NCBI GenBank assembly: GCA_965228475.1
Contig: OZ245817.1
Span: forward strand, 4,096,001-4,160,000
Length of the DNA: 64,000 nt
Origin: Myxococcota bacterium
GTDB lineage: Bacteria > Myxococcota_A > UBA9160 > JAFDDA01
Direction of reading: 5' to 3'
Below, piece by piece: positions 56,199 to 64,000 of this stretch. The first letter of the stretch is position 1. Each line of letters starts with the position of its first letter. Under the pieces are notes generated by a model. The model had not been told where the DNA came from. It ran no database searches and saw only the letters and a list, made by a program, of their open reading frames with translations. The translations under genes and the position numbers were made by a program.

Positions 56199-56399
56199 GA
56201 ACGCCTCCGCCGGACGGATGGCTCGCACCTTCTGACTGAACGCCGGGGCCACGGGAACACGTCGCGGTGTCGTCGGCGGTTCCACACGACGGAAAACCCT
56301 ATTGAAGTCGACCGGTTTCGCCTTCGGTCAAGCACAAGGAAAGGTTCAGCGTCGTTCACCCGGGACCGGGGTTAGAAGTGCTTCCGGGAAGGGCGAAAG

Positions 56400-56774
56400 G
56401 TGTCGCAGAACCAGTCGCAAGATCCGGCGCGCGAGCAGCGCACGAAGCCGAAGCGTGACGATGCGCAGCGCGAGGAGCGCCAGCGGCCGGAAGGCGAATC
56501 CGCCTCCGAGCCCAAGAAGAAGCGCGGATCGCCGGGCATCGACGACGCGGAGATCGAGCGCGCGGCCCGCCGCGCCTGGCGCCGCCTGTTCCCCCTGATC
56601 GCGCTGCTCGCCGGCCCGATGGCCGGCTCAGCCGAGGCGCTCGCCGACGGCGCCGCGCTCGCGATCCGTGCAGTGGCTCCGAACCACGGCCCCATCGCAT
56701 CCACCGTCCTGCCTCCGGGCTTCGACGGAACGGAAAGTGACCTCGCAGCGGACGGTCCGCTCGGGGACGACTAG
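56400..56774 (+). CDS. Hypothetical ORF with charged N-terminus and one hydrophobic segment, uncertain
   Basis: 124-aa ORF between regulator and PEP-CTERM gene; GC-rich third codon positions. Confidence 0.45.
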   Translation: MSQNQSQDPAREQRTKPKRDDAQREERQRPEGESASEPKKKRGSPGIDDAEIERAARRAWRRLFPLIALLAGPMAGSAEALADGAALAIRAVAPNHGPIASTVLPPGFDGTESDLAADGPLGDD

Positions 56775-56861
56775 GGACGGCCGGCCCCTCGGTGCCGGTG
56801 GGAGATTGAACTGGGAAGGCTGCCACACCGGCAGCTCGTTCAAAGGGAAGAGGAAGTTGTC

Positions 56862-57587
56862 ATGATTCGAAACATCACGAACTACGTGGCCATGGTGGCC
56901 CTGTTGCTGTTCGCGGCCGGGAATGCCTCGGCAACCGTCATCGCGACCTACGACGGTGGTGACGTCCGCTCGTTCACGGACTCGGCCAGCTTCGTTACCG
57001 GCCCCGCTGGAGGGACGGGGGTCTCTCCGCTGGGCACTCACAGCTTCGCGGAGGTGACCTTCGCCGACAACGCGACCGGCACCATCTACGCGGTCTACGA
57101 GGGCGGCGACGTGCTGAGCTTCGCCTCCATCGCGGACTACGTGGCGGGCCCGGGTACGGGCACGTCGGTTGCGGGCCCGGGAACGCACCTGTTCCTGGAC
57201 CGCGGCGCCTACCAGGACGGCGACGGCACGATCTACGCGACCTACATCGGTGGTGAGGTGCTTTCCTACGCTTCGGTTGCGGACTTCCTGACGGGTCCGG
57301 GCACCGGAACCACGGTTGCGGCGGCCGGCACGCACGCGTTCGGCGAGACGCTGTACCGCGACGACACGACCGGCGAGATCTTCGCCGCGTACGAAGGCGG
57401 CGACGTCTACAGCTTCGCCAGCAGCGCGGACTACATCTCCGGCATCGGAGCCGGGACGCTCGTCGCTCCGGCCGCGACGCACCTGCTGCTCGATCGCGGC
57501 ACGTTCTTCGTGCCGGAGCCGGGCTCGGTGCTCCTGCTCGGCAGCGGGCTGCTGGGTCTCGCGCTGGTGGGCCGCCGCCGCAGCTAG
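56862..57587 (+). CDS. PEP-CTERM protein with four 49-aa repeats
   Basis: Signal ..GNASA; repeats AxYxGG[DE]VxS[FY]....GTH; VPEPGSVLLLGSGLLGLALVGRRRS. Confidence 0.92.
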   Translation: MIRNITNYVAMVALLLFAAGNASATVIATYDGGDVRSFTDSASFVTGPAGGTGVSPLGTHSFAEVTFADNATGTIYAVYEGGDVLSFASIADYVAGPGTGTSVAGPGTHLFLDRGAYQDGDGTIYATYIGGEVLSYASVADFLTGPGTGTTVAAAGTHAFGETLYRDDTTGEIFAAYEGGDVYSFASSADYISGIGAGTLVAPAATHLLLDRGTFFVPEPGSVLLLGSGLLGLALVGRRRS

Positions 57588-57620
57588 CGGTGGGTTCACG
57601 CCCGGTCACCGCCGGGCACC

Positions 57621-57662
57621 AGGGCCCACCTCGGTCTCCACCGGGGTGGGCCCTTTCTCTTG
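57621..57662 (+). terminator. Intrinsic terminator-like hairpin
   Basis: AGGGCCCACCTCGGT-CTCC-ACCGGGGTGGGCCCT followed by TTCTCTT. Confidence 0.7.
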
Positions 57663-57694
57663 GCGCGACCCGCGGTCCGCGCTTCGGAGGGTTC

Positions 57695-60004
57695 ATGGAT
57701 CGTCATCGCCTCCTCTGGGTCAGTCTGGCAGCCCTGGTTTTCTCGGGGACGAGCTGCAAGCCGGCTCCGCTCACGGTCGCCATCACCTCTCCGCAGACGG
57801 GGACCTTCACTCAGGCAGGCTCGATCCTCGTCGCGGGAACCGTCGGGGGCGGCACCGCCGCGGAACTCGCGCTGACGGTCAACGGTGTCGCCGTCCCGGT
57901 CGCTGCGGACAAGACATGGAACGCGTCCGTCCCGCTCGACCCGAGCCGCGTGTTTCAACCGATCCTTGCCGAGGTCCACCACACGGTCTCCGGCAAGACG
58001 AAGCGCGATCGCGTGACCGTCGTCCTGGGCGATTCCGTCGTCGACGGCGGCTTCTCCACAGAGAGCGTGGCGTTGCGGCTCACCGACCGCGGTCTCGACG
58101 CCATGGAGCCCCGGATGGGCGCCCTGGTCGAGTTCGATCTCGCCACGTTGATTCCGGTCGGAACCTTCTTGACGAGCTTCCCGTTCGGCCTTCTCAACTA
58201 TGACGTCTACGTCGCGAGCCCGGCGCCGAGCCTCCAATACTTCCACGTCCATCTCGACGCCCTGAATCAGGCCGCCGAGGTCGAGATCGACATCGACGAC
58301 CTCCTGATCTGGCTCTTCGTGGATGCGCCGGTGATCGATTGCGATGCCTATCTGCTCTCGAGCGACGTCCGGATCTTCGCGGACTTCGCACTCGAGCCGA
58401 ACGCTTCGGATCCCCGGCTCGTCGATGCCACGCAGGTGGGCAGCCTCTCGATCCAGACCTCCGGATTCTGGATCGACTTCACCTCCGGGGATTGCGTCGG
58501 CGCGGACGGCGACTACACGGGCGACGTGGTTCCCGCCCTCATCGCCTTCCTGAGCCAGACGGACGCGGAGGGCAACACCGTGATCGCCGCTGCGATCGAA
58601 GACGCACTCAACGACCTGGCCTTGGCCGAGACGATCGGCACCTCCCTCAGCGTCTCCCTCGACGCGCCGATGTCCGAGATCTCCGAGGACGACGACGGCG
58701 TCACCCTCGGCGCGGACACCGCCTTCACGTCCGTTGCGGGAACCGACCCCGGGGAATGCACGCCGCCGGCCGAGGCGCCGGACCTCTTGGCTTCCTACCA
58801 CGTGGCTGAGCCGTTCCCGACGTTCGCGACCACCACGCCCACGGGCGGTCTCGACTACGACATCGGGATCGGGCTCTCGAGCTCGGCGTTCAATCAACTC
58901 CTGATGGCCCAGGTCGAATGTGGGCTGCTTGCGAGCGACGTGACCGAGATCGATCTCGGTGGCGGCCCCGTCGCGGTGACCGCCGGCGTTCTGGCGCTCT
59001 TCGATCCGGCTTTCGGCACCTACCCGCCGACGACGCCCTTCCGCATCGAACTGCGACCCGCTCTGGCCCCGGTCTTCACCGGGGCACCCGGCCCCTCCGG
59101 CGAGATCCGAGAGATGCGCATCGGTCATCTGCTCGTCCGCGTCGTCGAAGAAGCAACCGGTGCGCTCGCGCTCGCCGGAGCCGTCGATGCCCGCTTCGGC
59201 GTCGACCTGGCGATCGCGGAGACCGAGATCGCCTTCACACCGGCAGTGCCGCTCGCGGGCGACCTTGCGGTGACGGTGCTCGAGAACCCCGTGGGTGCAA
59301 ACGTGGCAACGCTCGAAGCCGCTCTCCCTCTGGTGCTGGCTCCGGTCTTCCCGACGCTGGCCGCCGGCCTCGAAGGCGTTTCGCTGCCCACGTTCCTCGG
59401 ATTTTCACTCGACGGCGTGGAGGTCTCGGACCAGGGCCAGTTCCTGGGCGTCTTCGCGGACTTCGTTTCCGGCGACCGCTACTGGCGCCGCTACGGAAAC
59501 CAGCTCCGAGCCTTCGGGAGTGCCGTGGATGCGGCGGCGAATACCGGGCTCCAGGAGTGGTACGCGGTGGACGGCAGCCATCAGGACTCCATGCTGTTCG
59601 ATGGCGCGCTCTACTGGCGGCGCTACAGCGGCACACTCGAGGGCTACGTGTCGCCTTCGGACTTGGCGACCCGTAGCAATCCGGTCGCGGTCCATCCGGC
59701 AGATGGCAACGACTCCGACGCGATGATGTACGACGGCACCCACTATTGGCGGCGCTACGCCGACCAACTCGAAGGCTATTCCACGGCCGCCGACATGGCG
59801 GCGCGAACGAACCTCCAGATCGTCCACACCGCGACGGGCTTCCCCGACGAATCGCTCCTGCACGACGGGATCGACTATTGGCGGCGTGTCGGGCCGTGGC
59901 TCGAGGCCTACCCGACGGCCGCGGACCTCGCCGCTGGGACCAACCTGCAGATCAGCCTCCCGGCCGTTGGTGCGGCCGAGGATGCCATGATGTTCGGGCC
60001 CTAG
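57695..60004 (+). CDS. Lipoprotein with Ig-like domain, long beta-rich (possibly BPI/LBP-like) region and four C-terminal YWRR repeats
   Basis: GGAGG SD; GTSC-KPA lipobox; VAITSP..LTVNGV; four 44-aa YWRR..[YF]x[ST]xxD repeats. Confidence 0.8.
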   Translation: MDRHRLLWVSLAALVFSGTSCKPAPLTVAITSPQTGTFTQAGSILVAGTVGGGTAAELALTVNGVAVPVAADKTWNASVPLDPSRVFQPILAEVHHTVSGKTKRDRVTVVLGDSVVDGGFSTESVALRLTDRGLDAMEPRMGALVEFDLATLIPVGTFLTSFPFGLLNYDVYVASPAPSLQYFHVHLDALNQAAEVEIDIDDLLIWLFVDAPVIDCDAYLLSSDVRIFADFALEPNASDPRLVDATQVGSLSIQTSGFWIDFTSGDCVGADGDYTGDVVPALIAFLSQTDAEGNTVIAAAIEDALNDLALAETIGTSLSVSLDAPMSEISEDDDGVTLGADTAFTSVAGTDPGECTPPAEAPDLLASYHVAEPFPTFATTTPTGGLDYDIGIGLSSSAFNQLLMAQVECGLLASDVTEIDLGGGPVAVTAGVLALFDPAFGTYPPTTPFRIELRPALAPVFTGAPGPSGEIREMRIGHLLVRVVEEATGALALAGAVDARFGVDLAIAETEIAFTPAVPLAGDLAVTVLENPVGANVATLEAALPLVLAPVFPTLAAGLEGVSLPTFLGFSLDGVEVSDQGQFLGVFADFVSGDRYWRRYGNQLRAFGSAVDAAANTGLQEWYAVDGSHQDSMLFDGALYWRRYSGTLEGYVSPSDLATRSNPVAVHPADGNDSDAMMYDGTHYWRRYADQLEGYSTAADMAARTNLQIVHTATGFPDESLLHDGIDYWRRVGPWLEAYPTAADLAAGTNLQISLPAVGAAEDAMMFGP

Positions 60005-60024
60005 CCCCGAACGGGAGTCTTCCG

Positions 60025-62607
60025 ATGTTTCACCCGCTCTCGCGGACGCTCGTGGTTCTCGCCACCGTCCTGCTCTCCCCGCTTGCCTCCGCTCAGCTCA
60101 CGCTTCCCGCGGCGGTCTCCCTCGACCAGGGCCAGGCCTTCTACCCGGCCGCCAACGTGATCGGAACGTCCGGCATGTTCATCGGTGGCGACGGACTGAC
60201 GGTCGACGACCGCTTCGTGAGCGAAGCCAGCGCGCTGAACGCCTTCGTGACGGATGCTTTCCTGCCGAGCTACTTCGACGACGGCGGTGTCGCTCCCGTC
60301 TTGACGTTCACGTTCGCAGCCCCGACCGACCTCGACGGCATGGTGGTCTGGAACTACCCGAACACCGCGGCCGTGGGCAATGCGGCGCGCGAAGGCACCG
60401 TCGAGCTCGACACGGGTTCCGGATTCGGTCCACCGATTCCCGTCACACTCAAGACCGGCTCATCCGCCAGCGCTTTTCTCGCCCCGACTCGCGTTTCGCT
60501 CGGCTTGCATGCAGGCGTGGTGGCGGCCCGGCTGACGATCGCCGCGAACTACCGCGGCTTCGGCGGCGCCCCAGGCGGCGACCGCGTCGGCCTGGGCACG
60601 GTCGCCTTCGGCCTCCTTCCCCCGGCGGCTCCGTCTCCGAACCTCGTTCCGGACACGAACTCGATGGACTTCTTTCCGGACGACCTGGAGGCCTACCCGG
60701 GAAACCCGGTGCTGGAGGGCGGGGACGTGACCGACTCTCCCTCGGAAGGCATCGCCGATCCGTTCCTCTTCAAGGACGGCAACGACTGGTACCTCTTCGC
60801 CGAGATCATTCAGGAGGGAACGGGGCACGGCGACCTCTCGGTGGCCACGAGTGAAGACGGCCTCCATTGGCAGTACGAGCAGATCGTTCTCGACGAACCG
60901 TTCCACCTCTCCTACCCGCAGGTCTTCCAGGTCGACGGCACCTACTACATGATCCCGGAGACCCATCAGGACCAGTCGATCCGCCTCTACCGCGCGACGA
61001 ACTTCCCGTACGACTGGACCCTCGAGTCCGTGCTCCTCACGGGCCGCCCGTTCGTCGATGCGTCGATCCTCCACTACGAAGGCCGCTGGTGGATCTTCGC
61101 GGCGGAGCCGCCCAACACGCACACCTTCCTCTACTCCTCGGACTCGCTCACGAGCGGCTGGGTGGAGCACCCGCAGAGCCCCGTCATCGCGAACGACGCC
61201 AACATCGCCCGACCCGGCGGCCGCTCGTTTTCCTTTGCCGGCGGAACCCGTGCGATCCGAACGGCGCAGGACGACTTCCCCTTCTACGGAGAGGCAGTCC
61301 GGCTCTTCGAGATCATGGAGCTCTCCCCGACGCACTACGCGGAGGTCGAGCTCCCGACGAGCCCGATCCTCACGCCCGAAGGCTCGGGCTGGGCCGGCGG
61401 GGGCTACCACCACTTCGACCCCTGGCCGAACGGCGACCACTGGCTGGCGGTCATCGATGGCCAGCTACCGGGCCAGGGCGGTTGGTCGATCGGGATGACG
61501 ATTGCCCGCTCCCCGGACGCGCCGGATGGCGAGATCGACACGCCGGCTTCTTCACTGTCGATCCAGGCGGGCGAGACCGTGCTCTTCTCCGGAACGGCGA
61601 CGGATCCGCAGGGCGACGCCATCGACAGCCACGTCTGGCACTTCGGCGCCGGCGCCGGCATCGCCGACGCGCACCTTCCCGACCCGGGGAGCGTTCGCTT
61701 CACCGCTCCCGGCAGCTTCGAAGCCGAGTACGCCGTGTGGGACGAACACGGCCACGCGGATCCGATGCCCGCGCGACGTACCGTCCACGTCGCACACCAC
61801 TTCGCGTCGATCCTCTCGATCACTGCGACGAACTCGAACACCGACCCGGCCTTCGCACTGGGCCAGATCATCCAGGGCCAGGGCGCTGGCTTCGCGAACG
61901 ATGCCCCGCACCCGGCGCTGTCGGACCTCTCCTGGTCGACGCAGACCGTAGGCGCCGGAAACGACTACTTCGCCGTGAACCCCGCTCCGGTCGTGATGGA
62001 CTTCCTGCTCGACGACGTGCACATGGTCGACGGCATCGCCCTGTGGGCGAACTTCTTCGCGCCGGGCAACTCGCTGCGAAGCTTCGAGGCGCAGTTCTCG
62101 ACGACGGGGAGCGCCGCGGGTCTCGGCGCGCCGATCGCCTTGGCTGCAAGCGACCTCGAGTCCGCGACCATGGAAAAAGTCCCCGTGCCGCCGACCGAGG
62201 CGAACTACGTCCGCCTCACACTCACAGACAACCAAGCCGGATTCGCGCTTCCCGGCGGCGACCGCCTCGGACTGCGGGAGATCGCGTTCACGGTCGACGT
62301 CGGCCCGGCCCTCGTCGTCGCGTGTGCGAACGGCCTCGACGACGACGGGGACGGCCTGATCGACGCCGGCAACGACCCGGGCTGCCGGGACGCCGACTTC
62401 CCCTACGAAGCTCCCGCCTGCGATGACGGACTCGACAACGAAGGCGACGGGCTCGTCGACCTCGACGACGCCGAATGTGACGCTGCCTGGCGACACCGGG
62501 AGACACCGAAGGCGGCGTGCGGGCTCGGATTCGAGGCCGCCCTCCTGCTCCCGCTCTTGGGGGCGTGGCGTAGCCAAGCAACGCGAGGTCGGGCGGGCCG
62601 TCGATGA
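60025..62607 (+). CDS. Secreted multidomain protein: discoidin-like domains, GH43/GINT1-like five-bladed propeller, PKD, CxDGxDxDGDG repeats, ACGLGFE-TM-R tail
   Basis: ADPFLF..YLFAE, HLSYPQVF, YMIPET, VDASIL, ARPGG; TATDPQGD..WHFG; ACGLGFEAALLLPLLGAWR. Confidence 0.82.
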   Translation: MFHPLSRTLVVLATVLLSPLASAQLTLPAAVSLDQGQAFYPAANVIGTSGMFIGGDGLTVDDRFVSEASALNAFVTDAFLPSYFDDGGVAPVLTFTFAAPTDLDGMVVWNYPNTAAVGNAAREGTVELDTGSGFGPPIPVTLKTGSSASAFLAPTRVSLGLHAGVVAARLTIAANYRGFGGAPGGDRVGLGTVAFGLLPPAAPSPNLVPDTNSMDFFPDDLEAYPGNPVLEGGDVTDSPSEGIADPFLFKDGNDWYLFAEIIQEGTGHGDLSVATSEDGLHWQYEQIVLDEPFHLSYPQVFQVDGTYYMIPETHQDQSIRLYRATNFPYDWTLESVLLTGRPFVDASILHYEGRWWIFAAEPPNTHTFLYSSDSLTSGWVEHPQSPVIANDANIARPGGRSFSFAGGTRAIRTAQDDFPFYGEAVRLFEIMELSPTHYAEVELPTSPILTPEGSGWAGGGYHHFDPWPNGDHWLAVIDGQLPGQGGWSIGMTIARSPDAPDGEIDTPASSLSIQAGETVLFSGTATDPQGDAIDSHVWHFGAGAGIADAHLPDPGSVRFTAPGSFEAEYAVWDEHGHADPMPARRTVHVAHHFASILSITATNSNTDPAFALGQIIQGQGAGFANDAPHPALSDLSWSTQTVGAGNDYFAVNPAPVVMDFLLDDVHMVDGIALWANFFAPGNSLRSFEAQFSTTGSAAGLGAPIALAASDLESATMEKVPVPPTEANYVRLTLTDNQAGFALPGGDRLGLREIAFTVDVGPALVVACANGLDDDGDGLIDAGNDPGCRDADFPYEAPACDDGLDNEGDGLVDLDDAECDAAWRHRETPKAACGLGFEAALLLPLLGAWRSQATRGRAGRR

Positions 62608-62626
62608 GACCGTCGCCCTCGCTTGC

Positions 62627-63421
62627 TCAGGCCGCCTCGGCCATCCGCCCCTCGCCTGCCGCCAGCGCGGCGGGCGAGGGGATCAGGGTCTCGCGCCGGA
62701 TCTCGAGCACGCCGAACTTCTCGAGCAGGAGGCAGAACCCGTAGCCGATGTCGACCTCCCACTGGGTGAAGGAGAACTTCGCCGAGGTCGCGTAGCGGTG
62801 GTGGTTGTTCTGGAACCCCTCGCCGAAGATCAGCCAGGCGGCGAAGTGGTTGTTGCGCGAGTTGTCGTTCGTCTCGAAGTTCCGGCCGCCCACGGCGTGG
62901 CCCAGCGTGTTGACGATCCAGCCCTCGATCGGGTGGCTCATGATCCCGACGTAGTAGGCCGCGGCGAGGAGCCACATGCCGGTCGGGATGGCGATGGCCA
63001 GGGCGATCGTGGCGTGGGCGACGTACGGCAGCATCCAGAGGCGGTTCCGGTTCAGCCAGTGGATCGGAAAGTCGAGGTCCTCGACCCCCCGCGTGTACTC
63101 GCGCTCGCCGCGCGCCAGGCCGACGAGCGTCCGCTCGTAGGACCGGAGCTGGCCGAAGAGCACGCCCATCGTCCCCTGGTAGACCGGGCTGTGAGGGTCG
63201 CGCTCGGTGTCGGAGTAGGCGTGGTGCCGGCGATGCATCGTGGCCCAGCCCTTCGGGTCGAGGCCGGTGCACCAGATGCCGCCGTGGATGGCGAGCTTCC
63301 GGGCGAAGGGGCTGAGCGTGACGGCGCGGTGGGCGAGACCGCGGTGGTAGAAGATCGTGATCATGATGGCGTTCACGAGGTAGGCGGCGAGGAAGACGCC
63401 GAGACAGGCCAGGATGTACAT
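62627..63421 (-). CDS. Membrane fatty-acid (acyl-CoA) desaturase
   Basis: His boxes YHRGLAH, HRRHH and EGFQNNHH; DPHSP; VNTLGH; AAGGAG SD. Confidence 0.93.
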   Translation of the reverse strand: MYILACLGVFLAAYLVNAIMITIFYHRGLAHRAVTLSPFARKLAIHGGIWCTGLDPKGWATMHRRHHAYSDTERDPHSPVYQGTMGVLFGQLRSYERTLVGLARGEREYTRGVEDLDFPIHWLNRNRLWMLPYVAHATIALAIAIPTGMWLLAAAYYVGIMSHPIEGWIVNTLGHAVGGRNFETNDNSRNNHFAAWLIFGEGFQNNHHRYATSAKFSFTQWEVDIGYGFCLLLEKFGVLEIRRETLIPSPAALAAGEGRMAEAA

Positions 63422-63450
63422 GGGTTCTCCTTTGGAGGACGGCAGGTCAA

Positions 63451-63497
63451 AACTTACGATGCCGTAACTAACGATAGCGTAACTTACGGCAGCGTAT
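63451..63497. promoter_or_regulatory. Triple palindromic operator TTACG-N4-CGTAA at 15-bp period
   Basis: AACTTACGATGCCGT, AACTAACGATAGCGT and AACTTACGGCAGCGT between the divergent desaturase and TetR genes. Confidence 0.8.
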
Positions 63498-63511
63498 TAA
63501 GCTCGTCAACC

Positions 63512-64000
63512 GTGTCCCGCAAGAAGCTCAGCGCCGCCGAGCGGCGCGCCCAGCTGATCGAAGTCGGCAGAAAGGCCTTCGCCGAGAACGGCTACGAGGC
63601 GACCTCCGTCGAGCAGATCGCCGAGCGCGCCAAGATCTCGAAACCCATTGTTTACGAGCACTTCGGAGGCAAGGAAGGCCTCTACGCGGTGGTGGTCGAC
63701 CGCGAGGTCGAGCACGTCGTGGCCGCGATCTCCGAGGCCATCTCCTCGGGCACGCCGCGGGAGCGCGTCGAGCGCGCCTCCCTCGCCTTCCTGACCTACG
63801 TGAAGGACCACCCGGACGGCTTCGCCGTCCTGGCCCACGACGCCCCCATCACCGCCACCCGGGGAAACCTCTCGAGCCTGCTCTCGGACGTCGCCGAGCG
63901 CGTCGGCAAGGTCTTCGCCGCCACCTTCAAGGAGGCCGGCTACGACCCGAAGATCGCCCCGCTGTACGCCCACGCCCTCGTCGGGATGGTCACCTTCGTC
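63512..64000 (+). CDS. TetR family regulator, 3'-truncated by the window
   Basis: Translated by hand: VSRKKLSAAERRAQLIEVGRKAFAENGYEATSVEQIAERAKISKPIVYEHFGGKEGLY. Confidence 0.92.
   Translation, partial: MSRKKLSAAERRAQLIEVGRKAFAENGYEATSVEQIAERAKISKPIVYEHFGGKEGLYAVVVDREVEHVVAAISEAISSGTPRERVERASLAFLTYVKDHPDGFAVLAHDAPITATRGNLSSLLSDVAERVGKVFAATFKEAGYDPKIAPLYAHALVGMVTFV

Noticed and set aside
42249..63097. DGR template/variable repeat, or integrase-driven island or prophage
   Set aside because: Mismatches are mostly synonymous and not adenine-specific; no reverse transcriptase, integrase or phage genes in the window

Overview
GC-rich bacterial window; gene content (PEP-CTERM and Cys-containing C-terminal sorting tails, wHTH-STAND regulators) suggests Myxococcota or a relative, which is inference. 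No rRNA, tRNA, CRISPR array, integrase or transposase was seen. Two accessory regions stand out. (1) 0.6-19.5 kb, minus strand: a protein with two class III nucleotide-cyclase domains plus STAND ATPase/TPR, two paralogous ~1870-aa secreted proteins ending in GCGLGPEL-TM-RRRR, a CFA-synthase-family methyltransferase, a small membrane protein and two Crp-family regulators. CRP-type boxes (TGTGA-N6-TCACA) lie ~60 bp upstream of each giant gene and upstream of the last crp, suggesting a self-contained cyclic-nucleotide/Crp circuit for surface proteins. (2) 36-63.4 kb: two parallel cassettes, each wHTH-AAA-TPR regulator(s), short ORF, four-repeat PEP-CTERM protein, hairpin, CKPA-lipoprotein and a convergent fatty-acid desaturase (3' fragment in cassette A, complete in B). 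They carry 11-bp-period operator-like repeats, a chimeric regulator, a shared structured 5' leader and a sharp junction at 42721/42722. Between the two regions lie lnt, VWA, OmpA, M28, comM, a giant repeat protein, a sigma54-driven small gene, a PLP desulfhydrase and an amidase. Domain calls come from motifs read by eye; no database searches were run.
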